A stretch of 64,000 bases of DNA from Lacisediminihabitans sp. (GCA_035571875.1 DATNBR010000027.1:3780-67779); one strand, 5' to 3'; numbered from the stretch's first letter, positions 53,689 to 63,959 are shown. The notes: a model not told the origin generated them from the sequence alone. Translations and numbers: made by a program.

Positions 53689-53887
53689 GACCCGGCCGCG
53701 ATTCGCACTACGTGTGATCGCCCTCGTGAGGGTGATCTCGAACCGTGTGCGCAAGCCAACAGGCAACATTACCAGTTGCAGCGGGCATCTCACAATTGTA
53801 CGGGCGCCCGGCCGGGGTGCCCGAGGTCTTCCCGGGCGCGGTGGCATGGGAGAATGGTGTGTTCACCCAAGCGCAGTAGAGGATACC

Positions 53888-55753
53888 GTGTCGCCGAAAG
53901 CACTCAAGGCCCTGGAGCCTGCCTCGACCGACCCCGCGCACATCCGCAATTTCTGCATCATCGCGCACATCGATCACGGCAAGTCGACCCTCGCCGACCG
54001 CATGCTGCAGATCACCGGCGTCGTGAGCGACCGTGACATGCGCGCGCAGTACCTCGACCGCATGGACATCGAGCGCGAGCGCGGCATCACGATCAAGAGC
54101 CAGGCCGTGCGGATGCCGTGGGCATCCACGAGCGAATCGGGCACTTCTGAGACCTACGCCCTCAACATGATCGACACACCGGGCCACGTGGACTTCACCT
54201 ATGAGGTCTCCCGCAGCCTCGCCGCCTGCGAGGGCGCCATCCTGCTCGTCGATGCCGCCCAGGGAATAGAAGCCCAGACGCTTGCGAACCTCTACCTCGC
54301 TCTCGACAACGACCTCGTCATCATCCCCGTGCTGAACAAGATCGATCTGCCAGCGGCCGATCCAGAGAAGTACGCCAAGGAGCTCGCCGGTCTGATCGGT
54401 GGCGACCCCGCCGACGTGCTGCGCGTCTCCGGCAAGACGGGGGAGGGCGTCGAGGAGTTGCTCCAACGCGTCATCGAGCTCATCCCCGCCCCGCGCGGCG
54501 ACAAGGACGCTCCCGCGAGGGCGATGATCTTCGACTCCGTCTACGACGCCTACCGCGGCGTCATCACCTACGTGCGCATGATCGACGGATCCCTCTCGCC
54601 GCGAGAGAAGGTCATGATGATGAGCACGAGGAGCACCCACGAGCTCCTCGAGATCGGTGTGAGCGCCCCGGAGCCCACGCCCACCAAGGGCCTCGGCGTC
54701 GGGGAGGTGGGGTACCTCATCACGGGCGTCAAGGATGTGCGCCTGAGCAAGGTCGGTGACACCGTCACGAGCTCGGCGAAGCCGGCCGAGACCGCGCTCA
54801 AGGGCTATTCCGAACCGAAGCCGATGGTCTTCTCCGGCCTGTATCCGATCGACGGTTCCGACTATCCGGTGCTGCGCGAGGCCCTCGACAAGCTGAAGCT
54901 CAGCGACGCGGCACTCGTCTACGAGCCCGAGACCTCCGTCGCCCTCGGCTTCGGCTTCCGCTGTGGGTTCCTCGGGCTGCTGCACCTCGAGATCGTGACG
55001 GAGCGGCTCGAGCGTGAATTCGGTCTCGACCTCATCACAACGGCTCCGAGCGTGATCTATGAAGTGACCACAGACGACAAGAAGACGGTGACCGTCACGA
55101 ACCCGAGCGAGTTCCCGGGCGGCAAGATCGCTTCGGTGTCTGAGCCCATCGTGAAGGCATCCATTCTCGCTCCCAAGGACTATGTCGGATCGATCATGGA
55201 GCTGTGCCAGGGTCGCCGCGGCACCCTGCAGGGCATGGAATATCTCGGTGAAGACCGGGTGGAGCTGCACTACACGATGCCGCTCGGCGAGATCGTGTTC
55301 GACTTCTTCGATCACCTGAAGAGCCGCACGCAGGGCTATGCCTCGCTCGACTACGAGCCGATCGGCGAGCAGGACGCCGACCTCGTGAAGGTCGACATCC
55401 TGCTGCAGGGTGAGGCCGTGGACGCGTTCAGCGCCATTGTGCACAAAGACAATGCCTACGCCTATGGCGTGCTGATGACCGAGCGCCTGAAGAAGCTCAT
55501 CCCGCGCCAGCAGTTCGAGGTGCCGATTCAGGCCGCGATCGGGGCGAGGATCATCGCCCGCGAATCGATCAGCGCGATGCGCAAAGACGTGCTCGCCAAG
55601 TGCTACGGCGGCGACATCACGCGAAAGCGCAAGCTCTTGGAGAAGCAAAAGGAGGGGAAGAAGCGCATGAAGATGGTGGGGCGCGTCGAGGTTCCCCAGG
55701 AGGCGTTCATCGCCGCTCTGTCGGGGGACACAGAGAAAAAAGAGAAGAAGTAG
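53888..55753 (+). CDS. lepA: Translation elongation factor 4 (LepA)
   Basis: Start GTG 53888. [32 protein letters not shown] and the characteristic LepA C-terminus ([25 protein letters not shown]). The upstream 186 codons of the track ORF are antisense to rpsT. Confidence 0.95.
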   Translation: MSPKALKALEPASTDPAHIRNFCIIAHIDHGKSTLADRMLQITGVVSDRDMRAQYLDRMDIERERGITIKSQAVRMPWASTSESGTSETYALNMIDTPGHVDFTYEVSRSLAACEGAILLVDAAQGIEAQTLANLYLALDNDLVIIPVLNKIDLPAADPEKYAKELAGLIGGDPADVLRVSGKTGEGVEELLQRVIELIPAPRGDKDAPARAMIFDSVYDAYRGVITYVRMIDGSLSPREKVMMMSTRSTHELLEIGVSAPEPTPTKGLGVGEVGYLITGVKDVRLSKVGDTVTSSAKPAETALKGYSEPKPMVFSGLYPIDGSDYPVLREALDKLKLSDAALVYEPETSVALGFGFRCGFLGLLHLEIVTERLEREFGLDLITTAPSVIYEVTTDDKKTVTVTNPSEFPGGKIASVSEPIVKASILAPKDYVGSIMELCQGRRGTLQGMEYLGEDRVELHYTMPLGEIVFDFFDHLKSRTQGYASLDYEPIGEQDADLVKVDILLQGEAVDAFSAIVHKDNAYAYGVLMTERLKKLIPRQQFEVPIQAAIGARIIARESISAMRKDVLAKCYGGDITRKRKLLEKQKEGKKRMKMVGRVEVPQEAFIAALSGDTEKKEKK

Positions 55754-56406
55754 TGCCCGGCTCCGAACTGTGGGAGCAACCGGTCAGCTACGCCGCGGTC
55801 GGCGCGACCCAGGCTGCCGATCTGCTGCAGTATCCGCCGGTCGGCTTTCGCCCGATCGTCAAGCGCGTGCGCATCGGCCACGGGCCGCTGCGGTGGAGTT
55901 TCGCCTCGCAGGCTGTGTTGTCGTGGGGAGTCCAGCGTCGCAGTGGGCTGCGCGTCGAGACCGTGGAGTCGCCGCCGGAGGTGACGGAGCTCAGTTACAC
56001 GCCGCTGTCGCTCGACGCCGACGGCGTCCCCGTGCCGCCGGCCGAATCGGACGATGTCGAGGCGATCTACGGTTCCGACGGCACCGCGATGGTCTCCCCG
56101 GGCGATAGCGCGTGGCTGCACATCCCGGTCGGCCCGTTCTCGGTCAAGGCTCCGGCACGCGTCGTCTACGTCGTCAACGACCAGAAGCGCAGGGGTTTTG
56201 CCTACGGAACCCTCGCCGGGCATCCCGAGAGCGGCGAAGAATCGTTCATGGTTGAACTCGCCGATGACGGCTCCGTGTGGTTCGAGGTGCGAGCGTTCTC
56301 GAGGCCTTCGAGCGTGCTCTGGTGGATCGTCTACCCGGCCCTGCGGATCGCGCAATCGATCTACACGAGGCGCTACCTGAGGGCGCTCTCCGGACCCATC
56401 GACTAG
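55753..56406 (+). CDS. DUF1990-family protein
   Basis: 217 aa from GTG 55753 (1-nt overlap with the lepA TAG). FAYGTLAGHPESGEESFMVE is typical of DUF1990. Confidence 0.7.
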   Translation: MPGSELWEQPVSYAAVGATQAADLLQYPPVGFRPIVKRVRIGHGPLRWSFASQAVLSWGVQRRSGLRVETVESPPEVTELSYTPLSLDADGVPVPPAESDDVEAIYGSDGTAMVSPGDSAWLHIPVGPFSVKAPARVVYVVNDQKRRGFAYGTLAGHPESGEESFMVELADDGSVWFEVRAFSRPSSVLWWIVYPALRIAQSIYTRRYLRALSGPID

Positions 56407-56706
56407 TCGTTCGCGAGAGGCGATGTCGCCGACGAGCGCCGCGCGATCTGTGCGCTCCATGTGCACGCAAAGTTCACTATAGACATACGACCCCCGAACT
56501 GGGTACGTTGTGGACGCGGGGGTACACCGTCTCCCGCAACCGATTGTGCTCCCCTCCGCAACGAGCAGAGCCCGGGGCTCAGGACGTGATGACGCACGCC
56601 GAAATCAGCCCGCGGACGGGCTGCGCCGGCCTGCTGGTGCCGACAGCGGCACATCCATGCGCGTGCAGTGAAGCACGCGGCAGCCAGTCAACAGCTAGGG
56701 GATTCC

Positions 56707-58488
56707 ATGGGAAAGAATGGGCAGCACCACGACGAAAATGCTTCACCGGCCGAATCGGGTATGTCCCGCCGCGGCCTCATCATGGGCGGCGGTGCGGCGG
56801 CGGCCGCGGCCGCTTTCAGCGCGGCATCACCGGCCTTCGCTGCGTCCGCTGCCGCTTCACCGGGCGGCCCGGTGCGGAGCGACCCGGGCGGATCGGGTTC
56901 CGACGGCGACGGCGATCTCCTGCTCGTCAACGGCAGGATCCACACGATGGACGGGCGCGACACCGTCGTCTCATCCGCACTGATCAGCGACGGCAGGTTC
57001 GTGGCGCTGGGCAAGGATGCCGAGCGTCAGCCAGTGGGGAAGGCGACGCGGGTCGACCTGCGCGGGCGCACCGCCATCCCGGGCATCATCGACAGCCACA
57101 ACCACATCGTGCTCGTGGGCAACCGGCCCGGCTATCACACTCCGCTCGAGGACGTCTTCACGATCCCCAAAGCGGTCGCGCGCCTCAAGGCCCGGGTGAA
57201 AGATGTGCCCTCGGGCAAGTTCATCACCACCGTCGGCCCTATCTCCGCCATGCAGTTCCAGGAGCGGCGCCTGCCGAATCTCACCGAGCTCGACGCTGTG
57301 AGCCGGCCGGTGTTCATCGAAGCTGCGCAGGGTGGCGTCGTCACCAACGGCCTGGGCAAGACCTATTTCGAGTCTCACGGCATCGTGGTCAATGCCGACG
57401 GTTCGCTCGCGGGGTCCGCTTTCGGCACGGGCCCCGCGGGGCAGGCGCTGCAACTGCTTCGCGAACAGTTCCTGACCGCCGAGGATCGCGAACGCACGGC
57501 TCTCGAAGTGCTCCAGTACTACGCGGGTCTCGGCATCACGACCCACCTCGACGCCGGTGCGTTCCACACAGATGAACCGAACGGCGCGATCTTCGGAGAG
57601 AACAAGTACACGATGCACGCACCATTCCTCGCGCTCAACGGTGCGGAGAAGTTGCCGGTGAGGCTGCGCGTGGACTTCCTGCTGGAGGACACCGACCCCT
57701 CGCTTCCTGAGCTCACGGCGAGATTGAAGAACTCCTTCCCTTTCTTCGGCAACGACATGATGCGCACGGGCGCCATCGGGGAATTCACCGGCGGCGGATT
57801 CCAGGGCATGGGCACCCCGCTCTGGCTCGAGGCGACCAAGCGCGTGGCGAAGGCGGGGTGGCGCAACGAGAACCACTCGCTCACCACGACCGACTACAAG
57901 GCGATCATCGACGGTTGGGTCGCCGTGAACCAGGAGTTCCCCATCAAGGATCTGCGCTGGGTCGCGGCGCACGTTCCGTTCATCACGTCGGAATACATCC
58001 AGAAGCTCAAGGCGCTCGGTGGCGGCGTCAAGGTTGGCTGGGGACCGACGCGCACGGGAACGCTGCAGGGTCCGCCCTATCGCACGATCCTCGACAGCGG
58101 GATTCCCGCGGGCTATCACTCGGATGGAGGCGACATCACGGTCATCAACCCGTGGCTGAACTTCTACACGATGGTGACCGGCCGCAACCTCCAGGGCGAC
58201 CTGATCAACGCCGGTCAGACGCTCACTCGCACCGAGGTGATCAGGATGGCGACGGCAGGCAACACCTGGTTCATCCACGAGGACGACCTCGGCCCGATCA
58301 AGGTCGGCAACCGTGCCGACCTCGTCGTGCTTGACCAGGACTTCTTCTCCGTGCCGGAGTCGAAGATTCCGCAGACGCGCGCCGTCCTCACGGTGGTTGG
58401 CGGCGATGTCGTGCACGACACCGGCGAATTGGCGCCACCCCGCAAGGGATGGGGTGGGTGGCGTCACCGTTACGGCCACCGCTCCTGA
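56707..58488 (+). CDS. Tat-exported amidohydrolase-family (Amidohydro_3 / YtcJ-like) metallohydrolase
   Basis: Start ATG 56707. Twin-arginine signal SRRGLIMGGGAAAAAAAFSAASPAFA. PGIIDSHNH metal-binding motif. C-terminal GNRADLVVLD. Confidence 0.85.
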   Translation: MGKNGQHHDENASPAESGMSRRGLIMGGGAAAAAAAFSAASPAFAASAAASPGGPVRSDPGGSGSDGDGDLLLVNGRIHTMDGRDTVVSSALISDGRFVALGKDAERQPVGKATRVDLRGRTAIPGIIDSHNHIVLVGNRPGYHTPLEDVFTIPKAVARLKARVKDVPSGKFITTVGPISAMQFQERRLPNLTELDAVSRPVFIEAAQGGVVTNGLGKTYFESHGIVVNADGSLAGSAFGTGPAGQALQLLREQFLTAEDRERTALEVLQYYAGLGITTHLDAGAFHTDEPNGAIFGENKYTMHAPFLALNGAEKLPVRLRVDFLLEDTDPSLPELTARLKNSFPFFGNDMMRTGAIGEFTGGGFQGMGTPLWLEATKRVAKAGWRNENHSLTTTDYKAIIDGWVAVNQEFPIKDLRWVAAHVPFITSEYIQKLKALGGGVKVGWGPTRTGTLQGPPYRTILDSGIPAGYHSDGGDITVINPWLNFYTMVTGRNLQGDLINAGQTLTRTEVIRMATAGNTWFIHEDDLGPIKVGNRADLVVLDQDFFSVPESKIPQTRAVLTVVGGDVVHDTGELAPPRKGWGGWRHRYGHRS

Positions 58489-58532
58489 GTCGCTAGGCGG
58501 CGCCGGGTCGCGAAAGAAGGGAGAATCGGAGG

Positions 58533-59759
58533 ATGCCCTCCGCCCTCCCGATCGCCGACCCGGCGCCTGCCGACGGCAGGCTTCCCTCCGAGGTTGCCAT
58601 CGATGCGGCCTCGCGCAACTTCGGCGTCTACCTGCACGTGCCGTTCTGTCGCGTGAGGTGCGGTTACTGCGACTTCAACACCTACACGGCCGAGGAACTC
58701 CGCGGCGCCAAGCGCACCGACTACGCTGGCCAGGCCATCGCTGAGGTGGCGTTGGCTCGCGACGTGCTCGCATCCGCAGAACTGCCGCCTCGACCCGTCT
58801 CGACCGTCTTCTTCGGCGGTGGGACGCCCACTATGCTGCCGGCCACGGATCTCACAGCGATGCTCGCCGCGGTCGTCGATGCCTGGGGCCTCGCGCCCGG
58901 CGCTGAGGTCACCACCGAGGCCAACCCAGACTCCGTGGATGCCGCGTATCTGCGCTCGCTCGCGGATGCCGGCTTCACGCGAGTGTCATTCGGCATGCAG
59001 TCGGCCGTACCGCACGTGCTCGCGACGCTCGAGCGCACCCACGATCCGGAGCGCATTCCACTCGTCGTGGAGTGGGCTCGACAGGCCGGGCTACAGGTGA
59101 GCCTCGACCTCATCTACGGCACGCCGGGGGAGTCGATCGACGACTGGCGCTCGTCGCTCGAGCAGGCGATCGCACAGCATCCGGATCACCTCTCGGCATA
59201 CTCGCTCATCGTCGAAGACGGCACGAAACTCGCGCGCCAGATCCGTCGCGGCGAGGTTGCGACACCAGACGAGGACCTGCAGGCAGACATGTACGAGCTC
59301 GCGGATGCCCTGCTCGGCCGGGCGGGTTACTCCTGGTACGAGGTGAGCAATTGGGCCACCGCGCCGCAGTTCGCCTCCCGCCACAACCTCGCCTACTGGC
59401 AGGGGCACGACTGGTGGGGAATCGGACCGGGGGCGCACAGCCACGTCGGCGGGGTGCGCTGGTGGAACGTGAAGCATCCTGCCGCCTACGCTGAGCGCAT
59501 CGGCGCCGGCACGTCGCCCGGCGCGGGCCGAGAGGTGCTCGACGCCGAGACGCGCCGCGTGGAGCGAGTGCTGCTGCAGAGCAGGATTCGCGAGGGGCTT
59601 CCGCTCGACGTGCTCACCTCGGCCGGGCGCACCGCAGTGGCCGGACTGATAGCGGATCAGCTGATCGACGGCGCAGCAGCGCTCCACGGCAGGATCGAAC
59701 TCACCCTCCGCGGCAGGCTGCTGGCCGACGCCGTCGTGCGCCGCCTGCTCGACGACTGA
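58533..59759 (+). CDS. hemW: Radical SAM heme chaperone HemW (coproporphyrinogen-III-oxidase-like)
   Basis: 408 aa. YLHVPFCRVRCGYCDFN (CxxxCxxC). Conserved position between lepA and hrcA. Confidence 0.9.
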   Translation: MPSALPIADPAPADGRLPSEVAIDAASRNFGVYLHVPFCRVRCGYCDFNTYTAEELRGAKRTDYAGQAIAEVALARDVLASAELPPRPVSTVFFGGGTPTMLPATDLTAMLAAVVDAWGLAPGAEVTTEANPDSVDAAYLRSLADAGFTRVSFGMQSAVPHVLATLERTHDPERIPLVVEWARQAGLQVSLDLIYGTPGESIDDWRSSLEQAIAQHPDHLSAYSLIVEDGTKLARQIRRGEVATPDEDLQADMYELADALLGRAGYSWYEVSNWATAPQFASRHNLAYWQGHDWWGIGPGAHSHVGGVRWWNVKHPAAYAERIGAGTSPGAGREVLDAETRRVERVLLQSRIREGLPLDVLTSAGRTAVAGLIADQLIDGAAALHGRIELTLRGRLLADAVVRRLLDD

Positions 59760-59778
59760 TCAGGGCGCTGTGCCGCGC

Positions 59779-60150
59779 TCAGCTCGCGAATTTGATCGCG
59801 AGCGGATAGACGTAGGTCTCACCGCGGTTCGCGGCGATCGCGGCGAGAATGCTGAACACGACGTTTGCCACGACCGCGGCCAGCAGGATGACGACGCCGA
59901 CAAGGATGAGCGTCGAGATCGCGCCGACGATGTAGGCGATGATGAGCGTCAACTGGAAGTTGAGGGCGCTCGCGGTGTGCTGGCGGATGAACGGCCCGCG
60001 ATCCTTCAGCACCACGTACCCGATGAGCGAGGGCAGGATGTGGAAGAAGATGCCACCGACGTGCACGAGAGTTGCCCACAGCTTCTCATCGGCGGGGCTG
60101 AGTGGAGTCGATCCCCGGTAGGGGTTGGTCTGTGGCGTTGAGTCCGTCAT
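59779..60150 (-). CDS. DUF4870-family membrane protein
   Basis: 123 aa. DEKLWATLVHVGGIFFHILPSLIGYVVLKDRGPFIRQHTASALNFQLT... Paralog of the adjacent gene. Confidence 0.75.
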   Translation of the reverse strand: MTDSTPQTNPYRGSTPLSPADEKLWATLVHVGGIFFHILPSLIGYVVLKDRGPFIRQHTASALNFQLTLIIAYIVGAISTLILVGVVILLAAVVANVVFSILAAIAANRGETYVYPLAIKFAS

Positions 60151-60179
60151 GCCCCCATTAAAGCAACACCGGTTAAAGC

Positions 60180-60213
60180 AGGAAGGGCCGGGAGCGAACT
60201 CCCGACCCTTCCT
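60180..60213 (-). terminator. Hairpin AGGAAGGGCCGGGAG-CGAA-CTCCCGACCCTTCCT between the two DUF4870 genes
   Basis: 15-bp stem with one mismatch and a CGAA loop, 10 nt after the stop of the upstream (60223..60624) paralog. Confidence 0.6.
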
Positions 60214-60222
60214 GAGGTTGCG

Positions 60223-60624
60223 CTACTTGATGAAGCGGAACGAAACCGGGTAGCGGTACGAGCCACCCTGCTGCACCTTGACTCCGCCCATGATGGAGAA
60301 CACGGCGTTCGCCGCGTAGATCAGGAAGCCGATGAGGGTGAGCAGCCAACCCGCGCCGATGAGCAGGAACGGGATGGCGAGGATCGTGGCGATGATGACC
60401 CAGACGATCCACACGATCAGGAAGGTGATCTGCCAGTTCAGAGCCTCCTTCGACTCGACGCGGGTGCGCTCGCCGCGGTCCTTGAGCACGAGGAAGATGA
60501 TGAGCGAGGGAAGAATCCAGAGGATACCGCCGAAGTGGGCGAGCGAGGCCCAGAGTTTGTCGTCTGCGGCGGTGAGTGGCGCTGCCGGCTGGGGAGCGGC
60601 CGGCTGCGGGGTTGGATCAGTCAT
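60223..60624 (-). CDS. DUF4870-family membrane protein
   Basis: 133 aa. DDKLWASLAHFGGILWILPSLIIFLVLKDRGERTRVESKEALNWQITF... Confidence 0.75.
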   Translation of the reverse strand: MTDPTPQPAAPQPAAPLTAADDKLWASLAHFGGILWILPSLIIFLVLKDRGERTRVESKEALNWQITFLIVWIVWVIIATILAIPFLLIGAGWLLTLIGFLIYAANAVFSIMGGVKVQQGGSYRYPVSFRFIK

Positions 60625-60785
60625 CTGCGTTGCCTTTCAGGTAAACAGGTCCGTCCCGGGAGCAGGAGAGACATGACCGCGGTGACCCTGCCCCCAATCT
60701 GGGGCACGGCGCGAGCACATGCATAAGGTACTGCCCCCGGATACGGGCACGCAATGCCCCTCCGTGACCGCGTGTCGCGTTACAA

Positions 60786-60812
60786 TTAGCAGTCGAAGTG
60801 GTTGAGTGCCAG
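60786..60812. promoter_or_regulatory. CIRCE-like HrcA operator TTAGCAGTC-N9-GAGTGCCAG
   Basis: Compared with the consensus TTAGCACTC-N9-GAGTGCTAA, the left arm matches 8/9 and the right arm 7/9. Lies 31 nt upstream of the hrcA ATG. Confidence 0.6.
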
Positions 60813-60842
60813 CCGCCGGGCATGGTGGAGAGAGGATGCGAC

Positions 60843-61865
60843 ATGGTCTCCGAACGCAGCCTCGAGGTTCTGCGCGTGATAGTTCAGGATTACGTGGCCT
60901 CCCGTGAGCCCGTCGGCTCCAAGTCGATCGTCGATCGCCACTCCTTCGGCGTCTCCGCCGCCACCATCCGCAATGACATGGCGCTCCTCGAAGAGGAAGA
61001 ACTCATCGCGGCGCCGCACACCTCTTCCGGTCGCATCCCGACCGACAAGGGGTACCGGGTCTTCGTCAACCAGCTCGCCGATCTCAGGCCGCTCACCTCG
61101 GCGCAGCGCCAGGCGATCGAGATCTTCCTCGGACAGTCCGCGGACCTCGACGAGGTGTTGGGACGAACGGTTCGACTGCTGTCGCAACTGACGCACCACG
61201 TCGCTCTCGTGCAGTACCCCTCGCTGACGCGGTCGCGCATCCGTCACGTCGAACTCGTGCGGCTCGCGGCGACGCGCATGATGACGGTGCTGATCACCGA
61301 CTCCGGGCGCGTCGAGCAGCGTTTGCTCGACGTGAGCGAAGAACTGGATGACGAGTTTCTCGCCGAGCTGCGCACCAAGCTCAATGCCGTGATCGGCGGC
61401 CTCGGGCTGAGCGATGCGGTGGCAAAGCTTTCCTCGTTCAGCGACCAGTTCGCGGCAGAGCATGCCGCGATGGTGCAGCAGATCGCCTCGGCGCTCGCCG
61501 AGCAGGTGCTGGCGAATCGGCAGGAACGGCTGCTCATGGCGGGTGCCGCGAATCTCGTGCGCACCGAAGAGGACTTCAGCGGCAGCATTTTTCCGGTGCT
61601 CGAGGCAATCGAGGAGCAGGTGACGCTGCTGCGGCTGTTCGGCGAGATGGAGCCCGACCAGAACGGGTTCTCGGTGAGCATCGGCAGCGAGAACGCCTCC
61701 TTCGGCCTGGGGGAGACCTCCGTGCTGGCCACGGGGTACACCTCGACCGGTGACGGGCTCGCGCGGCTGGGTGTTCTCGGCCCGACGCGCATGGACTACT
61801 CGAGCAACATCGCGGCGGTCAGGGCCGTCGCGCGATACCTTTCGCGGCTGCTGGGCGACGACTAG
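60843..61865 (+). CDS. hrcA: Heat-inducible transcription repressor HrcA
   Basis: From ATG 60843. MVSERSLEVLRVIVQDYVASREPVGSKSIV...TIRNDMALLEEEELI..PHTSSGRIPTDKGYR. Confidence 0.95.
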   Translation: MVSERSLEVLRVIVQDYVASREPVGSKSIVDRHSFGVSAATIRNDMALLEEEELIAAPHTSSGRIPTDKGYRVFVNQLADLRPLTSAQRQAIEIFLGQSADLDEVLGRTVRLLSQLTHHVALVQYPSLTRSRIRHVELVRLAATRMMTVLITDSGRVEQRLLDVSEELDDEFLAELRTKLNAVIGGLGLSDAVAKLSSFSDQFAAEHAAMVQQIASALAEQVLANRQERLLMAGAANLVRTEEDFSGSIFPVLEAIEEQVTLLRLFGEMEPDQNGFSVSIGSENASFGLGETSVLATGYTSTGDGLARLGVLGPTRMDYSSNIAAVRAVARYLSRLLGDD

Positions 61866-61938
61866 ATCGCTGCACGGCGGGCACGTACACGCAGTGCGCC
61901 GAGCCTGAGCTGGCGGTTGCACACTACAAGACTGAGGA

Positions 61939-63051
61939 ATGACATTGGCAGACCACTATGAGGTTCTGGGCGTCGAGCGAGACGCAACGCCGGAGCAAAT
62001 CAAGAAGGCATATCGCCGACTTGCCCGCGAGCTGCACCCCGATGTGAACCCGAGCGCGGAGGCATCCGAGAAGTTCAAGCTCGTCACGCACGCCTATGAC
62101 GTGCTGTCCGACCCGAACGAGCGGCAGCAATACGATCTCGGCCCGCAGGCTGGCTTTGGCGGCGGGGCCAACTTCGGCGGTTTCGGCGACATCTTCGAGA
62201 CGTTCTTCGGTGGTGGCGGAGGCAGGCGCTCGGGCCCGCGATCGCGACGCGAACGCGGACAGGATGCGCTCATCCGAGTCGAGGTCGACCTCGACGACAT
62301 CGTCTTCGGCACCCGCCGCGATGTCGAGGTCGACACGGCCGTGCTGTGCGAGACCTGTGGCGGTTCGTGCTGCGCGCCCGGCACCCAGCCGGTCACCTGC
62401 GACATCTGCCAGGGCACCGGCCAGATCCAGCGCACCGTTCGCAGCCTGCTCGGCAACGTGATGACGTCGAGCCCCTGCGGAACCTGCCGCGGCTACGGCA
62501 CGGTCATCCCGAACCCGTGCCCCACCTGCCAGGGACAGGGTCGCGTTCGCGCTCGCCGCACGATCCCCGTCGACATCCCCGCCGGCGTCGACACCGGTCT
62601 GCGCCTGCAGATGCCGTCGCAGGGCGAGGTCGGCCCGGCCGGCGGACCGAACGGAGATCTCTACCTCGAGATCAAGGTGCGCCACCACGACGTGTTCAGT
62701 CGTAGCGGTGACGACCTGCTGGCGACGCTCGAGGTGCAGATGACGGACGCGATTCTCGGCACCAAGACGACACTCAAGACGCTCGACGGTGAGGTCACGG
62801 TCGAGATCAAGCCTGGGACGCAGAGCGCGGAGGTCATCACGGTCAAGGACCGCGGGGTCACGCGCCTTCGCGGCAACGGTCGCGGGGACCTCAAGATCGG
62901 CGTGCAGGTCACGACTCCGACGAAGCTCAGCGGCAAGGAGCAGGAGCTCATCAAGCAGTTTGCGAGTGGCCGCAAGCAGGCTGCACCCACGCTTACCCAC
63001 TTCCAGCAGGGCCTGTTCCAGAAGCTGCGCGACCGCTTCCTCAACATCTGA
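61939..63051 (+). CDS. dnaJ: Molecular chaperone DnaJ
   Basis: J domain ([34 protein letters not shown]), G/F region, four CxxCxGxG zinc-finger repeats. The start may be TTG 61945 (6 nt after GAGGA) rather than ATG 61939. Confidence 0.95.
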   Translation: MTLADHYEVLGVERDATPEQIKKAYRRLARELHPDVNPSAEASEKFKLVTHAYDVLSDPNERQQYDLGPQAGFGGGANFGGFGDIFETFFGGGGGRRSGPRSRRERGQDALIRVEVDLDDIVFGTRRDVEVDTAVLCETCGGSCCAPGTQPVTCDICQGTGQIQRTVRSLLGNVMTSSPCGTCRGYGTVIPNPCPTCQGQGRVRARRTIPVDIPAGVDTGLRLQMPSQGEVGPAGGPNGDLYLEIKVRHHDVFSRSGDDLLATLEVQMTDAILGTKTTLKTLDGEVTVEIKPGTQSAEVITVKDRGVTRLRGNGRGDLKIGVQVTTPTKLSGKEQELIKQFASGRKQAAPTLTHFQQGLFQKLRDRFLNI

Positions 63052-63078
63052 CCCTCGCCGCCCCGCTCGGGTGTGGCC

Positions 63079-63180
63079 CTTTCGGAAATTCAGGACTGTG
63101 GTCGTCCCGGCTGCGACTCTGTTCGGTAACCGCGGGGGCGCATCCGCCGGTGCGTGGCCAAAGTCCTGAATTTCCGAAGG
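63079..63180. repeat. Long inverted repeat / stem-loop between dnaJ and rsmE (17-nt perfect arms TTCGGAAATTCAGGACT / AGTCCTGAATTTCCGAA)
   Basis: Arms at 63081..63097 and 63162..63178. Pairing extends 2 bp outward and about 7 bp inward (with G:U pairs) after one mismatch. Confidence 0.8.
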
Positions 63181-63230
63181 CGGGAGAGGGGCGGTGCCGT
63201 GGGCCGCTCGAGATCTGGGAGAGTTGAGGC

Positions 63231-63959
63231 GTGGCGCACTTCTATCTGAGCGACGAGCTGGTGGCTCCCGTCGTGGGTGAACGGGTCTCCGTGACGGGCG
63301 CCGAGGCGCGGCACGCGGTCACGGTGAGTCGCCTGGCGGTCGGGGAGTCGATCTCGATCGGCAACGGCGCCGGCCTCGTCGTGACGGGCAGCATCGTCGC
63401 CGCGGAGGCGGGCGCTTTCACCGTCGAGGTCGAGACTGTGAATCAGACACCGCCCGCGAGCCCCGCGATCTGGCTCGCGCAGGCGCTCGCGAAGGGCGAT
63501 CGGGACGAGTACGCGGTGCAGCAGGCAACCGAGCTCGGCGTCGACGGCGTGATTCCCTGGGCGGCGCAGCGATCCATCGTCAAGTGGGAGGGCAACAAGA
63601 TCGCCAAGGGCCATCAGCGCTGGTCCGCGATCGTGCGCGAGGCGACCAAGCAGTCGCTCCGGCCCTGGATTCCCGAGGTGGGCGACCTCGCCTCCACCTC
63701 GGTGCTGTGCTCACTGGCGGGAGAGGCGCGGATGATCGTGCTCGACCCCACCGCGGATCAGTCCCTCAGCGCGCTTGAGCCCGACGGGCGAGACATCGTG
63801 CTCGTCGTGGGACCGGAGGGCGGAATCTCGCAAGCGGAACTGTCGCGGTTGACCGCGGCAGGGGCATCCGCCTGGAAGCTCGGCGGCCCGGTGCTGCGTA
63901 CCTCGACGGCCGGTCCCGCCGCGATCGCCGTGCTGAACTCGCGACTCGGTCGCTGGTAG
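63231..63959 (+). CDS. rsmE: 16S rRNA (uracil1498-N3)-methyltransferase RsmE
   Basis: 242 aa. N-terminal PUA-like domain (FYLSD...VTGAEARHAVTVSRL) and SPOUT C-terminus (VVGPEGGISQAEL...LGGPVLRTSTAGPAAIAVL). Confidence 0.9.
   Translation: MAHFYLSDELVAPVVGERVSVTGAEARHAVTVSRLAVGESISIGNGAGLVVTGSIVAAEAGAFTVEVETVNQTPPASPAIWLAQALAKGDRDEYAVQQATELGVDGVIPWAAQRSIVKWEGNKIAKGHQRWSAIVREATKQSLRPWIPEVGDLASTSVLCSLAGEARMIVLDPTADQSLSALEPDGRDIVLVVGPEGGISQAELSRLTAAGASAWKLGGPVLRTSTAGPAAIAVLNSRLGRW

Noticed and set aside
53330-53887. N-terminal 186 codons of the 807-aa lepA ORF (also the similar upstream extensions of modC 20154-20360, holA 52145-52231, the MFS gene 24534-24599 and hrcA 60798-60842)
   Set aside because: The extensions run antisense through rpsT or overlap the preceding gene. 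The conserved protein N-termini and RBS-like sequences support the downstream starts.
56560-56600. Guanidine-III (ykkC-III)-like riboswitch, considered because of CCCGG..CUCAGGAC..GACG
   Set aside because: The resemblance is limited to a few nucleotides. I could not build the required pseudoknot helices, and the downstream gene (an exported amidohydrolase) is not a typical guanidine-riboswitch target. A covariance-model scan is needed before any claim.
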